From positions 558,001-622,000 of the forward strand of contig JAYWIR010000004.1 in the NCBI GenBank assembly GCA_036172245.1: a stretch of 64,000 nt of DNA. The letters run 5' to 3'. The position numbers were made by a program, and so were the translations under genes. Positions 22,569 through 35,800 of this stretch are shown here, one piece after another; position 1 is the first letter of the stretch; the number at the start of each line of letters is the position of its first letter. Source of the DNA: Raillietiella orientalis. Lineage: Eukaryota. The notes below the pieces were generated by a model that saw only the letters and a program-made list of their open reading frames with translations, had not been told where the DNA came from and did not search any database.

Positions 22569-25500
22569 TGTAACACACGTGTTTAATTTGGAGTTTTAAT
22601 TCGGGAATTCAGCCGGCTTATACTATAACTTAATAGGAAACAACGTTACAAAATTGGATCAGATGCTAACCGGTTGGTCGGAATGCCACTATGCAGAGTA
22701 AACTTCATTACGGCCACAGCTCGTAACTCTCCACCATGTTTTTCACGATTCAAAAAACTTTAGCAGCTCCACGGTCTCAAGGGTGCAACGTGACTGCAAA
22801 CTGAGTCACATTCAGAGTTACATACGGCGAAGATGTAAACATGAAAAGCCTGTGAGAATTATAATGTTGCCAACTTCGTCGGCATTGCTCTGTCCGCCCA
22901 AGGGAGCAGCCGGAACAAACTCTGGGAGGAAAGAAGAAACTCATATAAAAAGCAAGGCAAACACATGGACGAGTCAAGTGCAGTTCCAAATGAAATCAAT
23001 TAACACTCCTCAAGCAGATTAAATGCAGTCCTCAAATGCTATAAAACGTTTTTTCATCAAAGTGAAGCTGGGATCACTTAGTAGTCACTCTTAATGTTCG
23101 GAGTGCATTTGCAATGGCAAGTGGTACATTATAAGATAAACCTAACGTCTAAATGACAAAAATAGGAAATCTTTTCGTATTTCCACCACTATTTTTTTAT
23201 ACCTTATTTGTATTTTATACCAACGTCCATTCCTTCACGATTTTCTTCAGAATGGTCTAGCATTAATGGCACCTCAAGTCTATTGTAACACTGACGTTGC
23301 AAAAGACTCCCCAAGTAATCTGATTGAGGAGCAGCTACTAATAAAATGCCATGAAACTGCAATTGTAGCTGTTAACGCTGAAAAATATTTTCTTTATCAC
23401 AAGTATGAATATTTCCTTTGATGACTAGTTTGTGACCAGGAGTAGTATTTCATAAAAGGGTGTCTAAGTAGTCTTCACTTAGTTCTCACGAAAAAAGAAA
23501 AACCCAGCCAGAATTGGAATGGAATGGAATCTCTTCTTTCTTGCATCCACTTTAGTTGCACCGATTTAACGGAGATCTTCGTCATGCTGTTCTGCCTCAA
23601 ATTCTTTTAGAATATGCCGATTTTTTTTTTCTTCTTCTTCAGATTCCCACTTGATATGTGTATCTCCGCACACCAATTATTGTTTGCTGAATTGTGTATC
23701 GGTTAGAATGATCGATGATTCAGTTTTCCGATTATATCAGTTGGAAGAAACAAAGATACAAAGGCTCTGCATTGCTACAAAATACGTATACCATCGGATG
23801 AACCAGATTATTTCAAGGATAGTCTCCATACGATGTCTTATCGATGCAAGAAGCGACTAACCCATAGGAAGCAAGGAAAGTAATTAACATTTATTGACCT
23901 GTATGAACCATTGCCTTTGGAATACCAATTACATGATATTGAACTTCTCAAGACTTTCGAAAGCAGGGCGGAAAATTCTGACGAAGCATTCGACAGATCA
24001 TGGCTCCTGCTCCCTTCTTTTGGATGCGAAGCGCTAGGTAAAAAAAGGGAATTAATTGAGGGGATTGATAGAACAAAAGGCTGATTAATGACCAGTTGAA
24101 AAGCACAGAAGATTCGCTAAAGAGCTTCCGTTTTATTCCTAATTTATCGGTTCGTTTTATCAATTCATTTTTCCATAACTGTCCTGGTGCCTTTCGAGTT
24201 CCAGAAACGATTGTCAGTATGTGGGAATGTTATGTTGTTGTTTTTTTGTCCTAAAGTAAACTTCAGGATCTTTGAAATACCGTTACTCTGAATCGATAAG
24301 CAACAAAGTCAGATGATAACTACTTTCTGGAAAGTAATCAGTAGCTAATTTTTCTGCTGCTTGTTGATACATCTAAATTTTCAGGTGGGAATGCAAATTA
24401 TTTCAAATAAAATAACTACGGATAAAAAGTTACATTTATTACGTAAAAAGTTACATTTAGCTCTTATTTAGGCCATTCATTTTCAAAAAAGCGAGACGTG
24501 TGAATCCTGATCTCAGCTAGCTTTTGGGGGTGAAACGCACAGATCTACGTGTGCATCTTTTTCCGCGAGTCATTCCGAAGGCTCTTGGTTCCGTGAACAT
24601 CTCCAGAAGGAGAGCATCCGCATCGGCAGCGTTGGAACGAAGCAACTTTTGCACTCCAAGGAAATAAGCTTATCAACTCCAGAAACGTTTCCTCGACGAA
24701 ATTCCTGTTGGCAATTTCCACTCGCATTCAAGAAATTGATACATTTCGGAAGAATTCAGAGATGATCAGGTAATGGTGAAAACACAACTCTCACAGTCGA
24801 AGCCGAAGAATGTAAATGTTTAAGTAGGGGGAAAAGCGAAAGAGCTTCAGTCTTTTGGAACTTAATAGCCAAATTCACTGTAACTAACGAGTTGTTTTTT
24901 GATAACATTCCATTACCTTCTAAGCAACGGTGTAACAAGAAATGTGCCCCTTCACGAAAAATGACTAGAATACTTCCTTCTTGAAAAAAAAATCCCTCCA
25001 GGGAATGCTACGTGTATCGTTGAATAACCAGGCTACCAGGAAGTAATTAGTAAATAATGAGGTCGTCTACAATCTGTAGAATGCCTGTGTAACCAATGCT
25101 TGCGAAATACTTGAAATTCAGGGATCGTAGTGACAAATGAAGACTGTTTCTTAGTTAGGACAGCTGTAAGATGTAACACAGACAAATGCTGCTTTTATCA
25201 TTAGAGAGTCGTTCTCACAGGATTTCAGACTCTTGGCAGTTTACTGCGATCAGTTTCTGGTAAGAAATGTAACTAACAAATCATTGAAGCAAAAAAATGC
25301 TGGTTTACATTGTATGTCATTTGGAGCAATTAGATAGATCATTTGCAATAAGGCGGCGCGAAGATAGAATCCATGAACTACGTGGTTGAATTAGCATTTG
25401 TAAAAACCGTATTTACGTTCATTTCCACTTTATTCGTGCTAACTTTATTTTTCTCATGGTTGCTCCGGATTTTAGTTTAAAACTCTGCTTTGCGTATAAG

Positions 25501-28149
25501 GCAATATTACTTATAAATGAGGAAGCGTCCTTGCAGGCAGAATAATGTGTAACCTTTGCTTTTGTGTAAGACGGTATCGTGACCTTTAAGACTTAATTAT
25601 TATTCGTTCCTGAGAAGCTTGCACACACTGATGCAGAATCGTGAGGAAAAAAAGTTTCGTCGCATGGTGAATTGAAGCAACGCTAAGAGCATGATCTGAA
25701 GCTGCAGATCCTCACGAGGCAGCCAGATATCACCGACAGCTTATCCTGACAAGCATCTGGAAGAATGGAATGCTGAGTGGCGTTGCGCCAATTGAGTTTG
25801 GATTCTTAGTCTCTGTGTATTTCGTATCATCTGTTTTCCCGGTGGGATCACGATACCCTCATGGAATCCTATTGCCCAATAACTCAGATGAATGGAACTC
25901 TTAATGGAGATTCCTGGTGCAGCCAGTAAAACAAACATGACCTGAACTCTTGCGTTACTTGCATTGATAGTTGCATTAATATAACCTTTAGCGCCAGTAG
26001 TATTCAAAAGTAGCAGTCACCTTTACCACACTCAGTTTATCTAGAACAGTTGATGCGTCTCTTCTTCCCTCCAAAATACTTTGAAAGGAAGAGAGTCTCC
26101 ATTCTGAAGTCCCAGTTCGTCCTGCACCTGCTATTAAAATGAAAACTATTCAAGCCTCTATTCCCCATAATCCTGCAGTCTTCTTGCTGTTGCACGGAAT
26201 CTCCATAAACCGACTAAACACACTCATTCATCCATAAAGATCTCGCGAATCTAATTAAAACCGAATAACCACCTTCGTAACTTCCTCTTGGAGATCCACT
26301 TTTAAACGCCATCATGGACTTAGTTCAATCATTGCAGATTACAAGGTGCCTATTTTTTCAAACACTCTGCCTCTTATCAAGTGGACCTGCATGAACTCCT
26401 ACACTGCTTCCTTATGCAATCTTCTATTGTTATTCCAGAAACTTTCCGAAATTAACTATCCTCTAATCTCTGATCATTCACATAATGCATCCTCAATCTC
26501 CAATAATCCAGTTCTCTATTTTCCAATGCAACCTACAACAAAGTCGTATAGGTTCTTTTGACAAGTTCGATATTGCAGAAGGCCTTTTTCTATACAACTT
26601 AAACGCTTTTCCCGATTTTCTCTTTCAATGAGTGGATACGGCTAGGCAGAGTCCTTAACCACCTGAGTTGGCTCGATGGTACCCAATCGATCCATCTCGT
26701 CCCTTGGTATTTGCATCCAGGAGGCCGAAACCTTTGAAAACTCCAATTGACTACATGGACGAACGAAAGTTCGGGCCTTCAAGGATACTTGGGTAAACCA
26801 CTGGCAGTGTGTCGCTACCAACTAGGGAGCATTTGCAAGTGAACGCAGTGCCTACCAAGAAGCAAAAGTGTTCTTGTTGATATTCCATGCCTCTGTGGTT
26901 TTTTCTCTTCCTCAAGGAATACTTTCGCCGATCCGCTGTTCCATTGCTTGCTACTGTCACGGTGTCACCTTTTGGCATTTCAGCTGCGGTGCCTGCTGTG
27001 GCTTCGGTAATGGGAGATGATAATTTAAATAAACAGGAGCTGAGAGGGAGTTCTCCCTCGGAAGAGCTCACAGTACTGATTTAATGAATTTTGCTTTTGT
27101 TCGGAGTAAAGAGAAACGAAAAAGATTTCTCAAGTCAAAAAGCATTTGTATTTTTTTTTTTTAAAAAAACTTTTTTAAAAAACGTACCTTGGGGCATTTG
27201 TACATTTTAGATCTGATTCCTAGGGAGGTTTGAGAAACGAACGATAAGCAGAGTGTCAACCGAACCTCAAGCATCGCTTGCACATCGGACAAAAAACGTG
27301 AGTTTAGATTAAGGGTAGTGATAACTCCTGTGGAGAAGGGGGAACACATAGGAACGTAGAGGGGAATCGGCGTTGCTTCCGCGTCTGTGTTCCCCAATCA
27401 CATCTTCCACCTTCGATTCACCAGTTTTGAAGCGATAAGCGGGGGAATTTGGTGCTAGAAAGCAGCACACTAACAGCGGAATGGAAGTCCATAACCACAG
27501 AGGAAGAAGTTTGATTTTGATGAGTACATAAAAAACGTCAGTGTATTTATGAAGTGACGCGATATTCAGAATCGGGTACCACATAGAAGGCTGTCAGATC
27601 GCAAAATAGGGATATGAAAGGATGTTCTTAGGAAATGAAGGCTTTTTCTTGATTTCTCAAGTATGATCCACCTACTCTCTCTCTTGAAGGCGTCCCAGTT
27701 TAATGAAGCACTTTCGCTAACTACATTTATTGCGATAGACTACTACTACATTTTATTACGGTAGACTATAAATTTTGGTTATACTTTGTTGTAGTTCAGT
27801 TCGATAGGGGTCATTCATTTGTGTTGCTATCTTTTTTACGATTTTCATCGTTATCCCTGTTTAGAAAAGACCAAACAGGGTGTTCCGTTTCTGTACAGGA
27901 GTTCGAGATCTGGGGACCCATGACAAGCAGATTCTGTAGGCGGTAGCTGGGGTGGTGTAGACGGTGACGTTCCTTTTGTAACGGTTTGATGGAATGAACC
28001 TCAGTCAAACAAAGCAGAGAAAACAGCATCAGCAACAGTCTTTCCTGATATTTCATGGAGTGTTGAAAGGGTCGGATAAAATGAAACAGTCGGGAATAAA
28101 GTTCCTTCTTCGGTAAGATGAAACTTTTTTCTCAATACTTCTTGTTTCA

Positions 28150-29800
28150 TTCAAAGGGCTGTTGGCGTTCTTTGGAGGGGGAAAATTTCAAACGAGTGCA
28201 AAGAAATTTCTTTAGAATACAGGTAAAGACATCGCACACATATGCACGCACATATGACTCCTTTAAAATACCCGCAAGGACATTTTGATTCTACAGTGAC
28301 AGCAATTTCTAATTCCTGATACTTTCCGAAGAGGTCACAATCGCATTTTCGGAAACATGGCAGTGAAAAGTCGGGAACAAGGAGGTGAGCAAGCAATACG
28401 TAGAACGTTTTGAGTGAAGCTTCCTCCTGCTCCACATCTTCTGGCTGTCATTCTCTTTCGTGTTTCTGCATCGAGAGAAAATTAATCACAGGGAACATCA
28501 TTTCCAGATAATCTGCTAGAAATCACTGCTTTCAAAAGCTTTTGTTGAATCCTCTCTCCGCTGGTCAAAATTTTTTGGCTGTCTTTGCTGCATCCAGGTA
28601 CTTCCAGAAGTCGCCTCAACTGAGCGATAGGTACTTAAAAGATCATCTCTGTTACATGTGCTGATTCGTTCAGAATGTCCAACTCTTCAATTCATTGCAT
28701 CTCCTACATCTTAGAAATCCAGGAATCAAGGACATGGTACTACAAAAGGCAGCCGGGAGGGGTCACTCTTTAAAATTACTGCAGAAAATTTCTTGGTGTT
28801 GTCTAGTGATCAGTACCGAGGTTCATCTCAGTTGTCGTGAACTTCAGAAACAGCAATATCACCAGTGAGTTCTCATTTTTGTGCTGCTCTGCGCTCCCTC
28901 TCCGTCTCGTTTCTTCTGAATGCCCTGGGATATCTTGCGATAGCCACCGATACCAATTGAGGAGTGGAGCCTCTTCCACGAAGTGCTCACACGATTCCCT
29001 GAAAGGCTTGGAAATACATAAAGGAAGCAAGGGACGACTCCCCTACACTTTCCTCCATGTCTTCAACCTCGTTGTTGTTTCCAACCTGGTCGCGTTGAGA
29101 CCTTTCTTCAAAACCTGGTTGCGAGCCTGCATTTCCTACCGTCCGTCCGTTGTCTAACCGTTGCTCTCCAGGAACGTCAAGAATACGTGATTTCACATTT
29201 ACATGCTTTATCTAATTGCACTCTTTACGTGGTTTCTTTTCTGGTTGTGGTTCACATTTGAATAGGAGTGATAATTGGAGTGTCAGGAAACCAAAAAGCG
29301 GAGATGTCTGTCATGACATTCCTCCTCCTCACAAGAAACATTGCACAACACCTCACAAACAAGTGTATTTTCTCCTTACATTTGGTGGTCAGTCTTCCCT
29401 ACACTTCTGTTTTTACGTGCACATGAGAACTTCAGAATCTTTTTTGATTTGAATCTTTCCGTCTGCAGACTGAGTCCTCTCATATGCAGCTGCGATTCCC
29501 TGGACCAGCTTTTCTGGCTTCTTAAAAGGTGCTTACCACCGACAGTAAGAAGTAGTGGTGAAGGTGGAAAAACTTTGCAACCGAAGCCTGCGACTGCTGG
29601 CCCGTTCGTCTCAAGGTGGGTGCCCGGACGCCCTTCTCATTTGAACGGGACTTTGGTGGATTTCGTGAGGAAGTAGGACCAGGGTGCGGGCGCTTTGCTG
29701 GGCGGTGCGAACGCGCAAGAAGCGCTCCTTCGGGGCGCCCCGCGTCTTCGAGCGAGGACGGAGGGAGGGAGTCCTTGCCGGAATTACTGCGAAAAGATTA
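28150..29800 (-). mobile_element. Possible decayed MULE-like relic continuing inward from the right IR arm
   Basis: VTVESKCPCGYFKGVICACICVRCLY (ORF 28151..28435) resembles a degenerate SWIM zinc finger. Sequence just inside 29576 weakly resembles that just inside 13690. Confidence 0.3.
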
Positions 29801-31866
29801 CCTTCCTGGCGTTGACCCGCGTGCCCCATTTCAATATGTTTACGTTGACAAAGAGTCCGTTGAAAAATCACGCTTTTCAATTTCTGCTCCATAATTAATA
29901 ATCGGCTTTGGTTCTTCTTTCTCTCGCGCCATTCATGCGAACGCCTTGAGTATCTTAAGTGTCCTATTTCCCTAGTCGAAGTAGGGCCCCTGAATCGCGC
30001 CAACCCTGCGCATGCAAAATAGCTGGTCGGAAAAGCTTCCTCAACGGATGCGTTCAAACGGATTTGTATTCAAAGGGGAATTATTGAACCGTCAATGGCA
30101 GTTCAGTGCGAACACAAAGGCTGTCGATTTGCGATCGAACTCGAGCACCGACAGTCCATTAAACGCGAATGGAAATCGGGAACGGCACTGCGTAATCGTA
30201 TCGGCAGGGCCGAGCGGAGTGTGCTCTTGTCGAGTGCGAAGGGTGGGAGCTCGGCATGCAAAGAGCCTGCTGGCCAGCCTGTTGTTGGGCGACCGATTTC
30301 GAAGGTACGACGCGGATGGCGGAGGTCTCTTCGGGTCGGGCGAGCTTCGGAGAGCTTTTCCCTGGCGCGACAGTCAGGGATGCAGCGGCACGGCACGGCA
30401 CGGCACGGCACGGCACGGCACGGCACGGCGCGACGACGACGACGACGACGACACGACTGGTGCCCCGCAGCCGAGCACCGACTGGGATGCAGTTGGGCGG
30501 CGCGGTAGCCCCGCGACCGCTTCCGGACCAGCGTGTGGCGTGGGACACGGGGGGAAGCGTTTGCGTTCGAGTCGGCGAGTGCTGTGCGCGAGCTCGATCG
30601 CGTTGCGAAGAAGCTGCGCTTCTGCCGTCGGCGACCTTCCCCGCCCCGGAAGGACGGGAGAGAGTTGCGAGCTCGGCTGCTCCGCGGTCGCAGGTGAACG
30701 CGTGGGTCACTGCACTCGTGTCTCTCCGGGACGTTCCTTGCAAGCGAAGGTGCGGCACGACAAGCAAGGGGCGCGGGCGGCGCACCGGGCGATTCTCGAA
30801 TGCGCAGGAGTCCCCGACTCGCAGGTCGTCTTGCAGGGAGGGAGAGGTGCGCGGCGGGTTGCCCGAACGCTGTTCGGGCAACCCGGCGCTCGCTCGCTGT
30901 TGCGGCCTCTTTCCGCCTTGCTGCTTTCTCCTCGCTTCTTGTTCGTAGGTGAGGCCACCTCGCCGCCCTCTTCAGCACGGAGGCTGCGGCTGAGAGGATG
31001 GCTTTCCCAGTCTGACGATCGGGTCGCTCCACGGGAAGTGTCGCCGCGATGGCGAAGACGCCGCCGTCGTTCGTGGGGCGGGCAGTCAGGCTTGCGACAA
31101 CGCAGGCGTCTCCTCGGCAGTTTGTCCGGGGGCGTCGTCCGAGTGCGACGTGGCCGTGAGGCGTGTGCCTCGTCGACGGAGGATGGTGCACTGGAAGGTG
31201 CGTGGACCTTCCCTCGCGGCTCGGAGGGACGCTCTCCGTGGTCCGGTTGTGGCGGCCGTGCTTTGCGGAGGGGTGCGCGAAACTCGCTCGCTGCCGTTTG
31301 GCTCCACTTCCGGAGTCGTCGGCGCAGCAGCGTGCGGCTGCGTTGCATGGCCGCGATGGAAGTCGGCACGGTTCCTCAAGTCTTCGCGGTTTCATGGCTG
31401 CGGTTCTCCATCCGGAAAGGCAAGGGAGGAAGCTGCGTGCCGGCGAAAAACGACGGGCAGCTTCATGCAGAAAGATGCGACTCGAAAGCAGGAGACGACG
31501 GGGCAGTTGCAGACGAACGAGTTCCACTCTTACCGGATCGATGGGGAACAGCTTTGGAGAGGATGGGCCGCGGCTGCACTGTACTGCTTTCGCCTGCACT
31601 GTCCTGCTGCGCGACTGTGTCGAACGGGAAAAACCAGCTGCAAATCAGCGGGACCGAGGACATCGCAATTCCCGGATGGCAGGAAGCATCCGGGAATGCC
31701 GTTTTGGAGGGTCTTTGAGGTCTGTCTGTCGGAAGGCCAAGCAAGTGGATTCGACTGCGTCCTGTCTGCGTGGAAGAGGCTGGATACCATGCGAGCACGT
31801 TCTTCTTCTTCTTTCCCGGTCTCGTTCCTTTCGAGAGGATGAGCACACGATCGAAGTCGAGGGAGA
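29576..31866. repeat. Right arm of the 2.29-kb inverted repeat (partner 11400-13690)
   Basis: Reverse complement of the left arm, from TGCAACCGAAGCC to GTCGAGGGAGA; identical ORF translations. Confidence 0.97.
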
Positions 31867-32081
31867 GTTTGTTCTTTCTTGGCCATGGCAGGTCTAAGTG
31901 AAAGATAGAAAGATCTAAGTGAGATAGACGGTATAATTCTTATCGTGACCTGATCGAAAGAGCGTGGGCGTGGAATCCTGTCTAATGCGGCTACCTGGCA
32001 GAAAGGACAGGGCGTTTCGTTGTACAAATGCAGGGAAAGACTGGAATATCAGCAGAGTTTTGGAGGTTTTCGACGATTTTT

Positions 32082-32133
32082 AGAGATTTTTCACAAGAAC
32101 GCAGAGATTTTTCACAAGAACGCAGAGATTTTT
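32082..32133 (+). repeat. 21-bp tandem repeat (AGAGATTTTTCACAAGAACGC) x~2.5
   Basis: Read directly. Confidence 0.9.
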
Positions 32134-32139
32134 TTAGTC

Positions 32140-33114
32140 CTTAGATAGAGCTCATTTTTTTCGGAGCGCTCATTTTTTTCATCGCAGCTTTCTCGTGTTT
32201 CTCAACACGAAGACGTCTTTGGAAGCACTTTCCTCGCAGGCCAGAGATTCTGGGAAACTGAGTAGCTGAAGAAACATCACTGCATTTCTGGAACTTGTGG
32301 AACTGATGCTGGAGGGTCTTCTGGATATACGAAAGGTTTTCAGGAGAAGCAAGGGACTCAAAATCAAGGAAATGGGCTAGTGGCAAGCAGCCCATGCTCC
32401 GTCGAAGGAAAAGGTTGCCTGCTGCTGGCAACGCCGGCATCCCGCCCCGTAGCACGAGAGCCGTTTCGTCATCAAAGCGAGCAAAAATAGACAATAGCTC
32501 CAGGAAATAAGTGATCATCCATTTATGCAAGGCACATTCAAAGTTTTAGACCACATGTACATTAAAGTAAATTTTCAGCACCGAACGCATTCTCAATGGC
32601 ATCGATAATGTACAGAGCGGTACATTCAAGTACACTCGTTCACTGCTGACAATGGCGTCCCTGATCATCGGAAGCATCGACTGACAATCAACACCTTACG
32701 CAGACACGTAAACGTACGCATGCCTGTACATCCGTACGTAAATACCTATGGCCGGTCGCCTCATCTATTCCCCCCGAAAAGGTGGCGAATCTCCGACTCT
32801 AGTCTAGGAACGCCTCCTCCTCCACAAGGTAAAGATGCAAGCAAGAAATCATCTTTCTCAGGTGATTCGCCCCAAAGAGCGTGATGATGGCGAGTGCCCT
32901 CGCGTCTCCTCGTCACGCGCGGAGGACCATCGGATGTGGCGGTGAGTGGGCTTGGGAGGGTTTCCGCGTGCGAGCAGGTACAAAAACACGCGTTGCAATT
33001 GCCGTATGTTTGCCCGTAGGCACCTTCGAATTCCGTGGAGGGATCCCCTTCTGGAAGCTCCCGCTTCTGGAGAGGCCACCTCGGAATAGAAGAGAATTCT
33101 CGAAAGGAAGCCAT
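32140..33114 (-). mobile_element. Decayed MULE-like transposase 5' part
   Basis: GCTGCCATGG start context, MASFREFSS...GTRHHH N-terminal fragment, then GCLPLAHFL...E segment in ORF 32141..32530; broken by stops. Confidence 0.35.
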
Positions 33115-33141
33115 GGCAGCAGAGCGAGAGTGAGAAGGACG
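32570..33141 (+). repeat. 572-bp direct repeat, copy 1 (partner 41933-42504)
   Basis: Constant offset of 9363 bp; about four substitutions seen by eye and no indels; ORF 32761..33114 is repeated within 42124..42612. Confidence 0.95.
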
Positions 33142-33899
33142 TGAGGAATGCGAGTGCCCACGCTGTTACGCAGCGGGGCAACGTGTGGCCCGTCCCGACA
33201 AAAAGGTGTGTCAAACACCGCTGATTCCAATCGAAATGGCACGCCGCGCAGTTTGAGTTTGCTCATAATTTTTTCCCTTCTCCGTTGTTCCGACTCTTAT
33301 GCCACGGGGAATCTCTTCACAGACTTTGGTTCCTCTAAGGAAATTATACTCATTGACACGAAGTCACTGAAGTCTGCTCGAATAGAACTTCCGAGGGCTG
33401 TCATCGAATCATTCACGGAAGTAGTGTCTTAGCATTTTGCTACTTCTTTTGATCTCTTGCTATCGATACGCCCGGAACGCATTAAGCTTCAAAGACCCAA
33501 TCTTTCAGATCTTTCTTTAAACGAGAAAAGGTTTTCAATCGCTGCTGTCACAGTAAAGAAAGAAAAGTTTTGGTACATCTCGTTCCAGAGGTAGCCATCT
33601 CAGGATGTTGTTTGTCTTTCGTTGCATTTAAAACACACAAAAAAAAGGAACTTCGGATGAAACGAAAGACGTTGGTCTTCTGTGTCTGAAAGGCAGGTGT
33701 TTGACATGGAGGCAGGCTGGGGACTTTGCCGTGCCTTTCAGATGACACAACATCCCGGGAACGCCCCTCGATACTCAAAGGGAGCGAGGAAGCGCCGATG
33801 AGGTCCAGATGAACTTTTCGGGTTAGGGGAAGAAATCCGAGAGTGTAAATAAAGGACGATACTCGTCTGTTGGAAAATTTACTTTGCTTTTTCGCTTCA

Positions 33900-35800
33900 G
33901 CCAGAGATCGGATCTCGGTCAGCCTCCGCGGGAATAGACACAACGGATTGCATGAGCACCCAAATCATGTCGGAAGCATCGAATGGCACTGCCTACCAAG
34001 GCTATGGAGAGGAAGAATTGCTTTCTAGACTGGCTGACTAACCCATGATGGATTTATTCGGTTATGGGGGAGGTCTTCTTTTGCTGATATTCAAGAACTT
34101 GAGTGCAGTGAAAACCCGGAAATGGTAAAGTCTTGCCGAAGAAGACTGTTTGGAAGCGAACTGTCCTTTCGCTTTTGTACCATCAGCGAACGGCTACTCA
34201 GGAGCATTGCGCAGGTCCATTTTGTTTTTTGCTTCACTTATTCTCCATGAGAAAAGCGCCCAGTTGGCGCCATGGCAACTGATCCTATGTGGTGCATGCT
34301 TCGAACCATGAGTCGTTGGTTCTAGGGCTAGTACCACTCCACGAATGTTTGCATGCTGTAATAGTGCTCAAGGGTCACATAAGCAGGAACACAATCATGT
34401 AGAGATACCCTAAGATGCCCTTTCGTGCTGTTTCTTGTCTAAAAATACTAGAAGCATCGCGGAGGTGGCCATTCCGGCAGTTCGGAGAAAATCTGGTGCT
34501 GTTCTCCATGCTTCGGGAATATCAAGGAGAAATGATCTTGGCGAGCAGGAGTGAAATCTTTCCTTGAGGGAAATGTGGAGGAAGAGGTCAGTTATGGACG
34601 TCAAGAGAACGCTGAGTAGCGGAAGGTGCTGGAGATCCCACTCGCTTCAGAGATCTCTCCGGGGCAGAGATGCCCTGCTCACCACCACCAACGAAATCGC
34701 CATTACCCCCTTGAATTTTAGGGGAGAGGAAGTACCTGCCTGCGCAAAAATGGGGAGTATGGTTTCCGCGACGTAACGTAAAGCGCGCTTGTGCAGCTCC
34801 CTCTCCAGAAAGCACTCCAAAGCTTGAGAACACAAGTTCAGGGAGCGAGCAATTTCGAGAGATCAAAAGTGAGAGTGGAGGTGGAAGAAATGGGAGAAGG
34901 GCAAGAGGAAGGAATCCACTCGAAACTCTCCTCCTCCCGGATCTAGGGGAACTGTGAATCTCGGGGTCGGAAAAAGGGAAAGAGTGTGTAAAGCGGGATC
35001 CAAGGATAGTCGACCCAGCTGCAGAAGAAAACTTGGTCAGCAACGTACCAACCTTCGACGTATCTGAAGCGAAGGAGGGCAGGATGGAGATGAAGTGTGT
35101 CCAGACCTGGAAAACCTGGACCTGCTCTTGCAACCAGAAGCTCTCGACTGTGTCGGAAGAGGATTGGCGCGACGTCTAAGCACAGGGAGTCCGCTCGCGC
35201 CGTCCTCAAAGGGCACCCTTGCGCCCTGAGGATTTCGCTACGAAAAACTACGTCTTACACCAACGAGAGCAGGAGGTTGCTGTGATTATCGGAACACCGA
35301 AGAGAAGCAAGTAGCTGTCGACAGAGGAGGGAATGCCTGAGTGAAATTGCTAACCGAGGGATGAAACAAAGAGACTCCTACATGTCGAGATGGGAGAGAA
35401 TCCCTGGAAGCATATCGGCTGTCCCCTACTGCGTTCTTGGGATTCCTCGGAGATCCGGCTCGAAGGCCGCCGGCTGCTGGAAGTGTAGCAGGAGACAGGG
35501 AGAAGAGGGCATACTAGCCTCGGGCTCAAGTAGGCACAGCAGGAAGATCTTGTCTCCTCGGCTTCCGTGGACCCTGGACAAGACGGCGGCGCGGCGCCCG
35601 CACGCTCTCCACGTCCGGCTGCTTCTTGCCGCGCTCGAGGCGGAACTGGGTGCCTCTGGAGCTGCGGCAAGGACGTCACCAAGGAGACTACACCGACGGG
35701 CTCCTAGTGCTCGAGGAATGCTTGCCCTCTTTCCATGTGCTTCTTTTGGGCCAGGCATCGCTAGACGCCATCGGCTCAACCGCCGGCTTCCCCACTCTTT
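33900..35800 (+). mobile_element. Possible decayed MULE-like transposase relic
   Basis: GAACACAATCAT (EHNH, ~34387; the same 12-mer occurs at ~16700) and W...YTDGLLVLEECLPSFHVLL (ORF 35626..35832) occur in the expected order. Confidence 0.3.

Noticed and set aside
11385..31880. Target-site duplication around the IR (classic MULE or Foldback insertion)
   Set aside because: The outer flanks (GAAACAAAG vs GTTTGTTCT) are not direct repeats; they continue as a degenerate inverted match.
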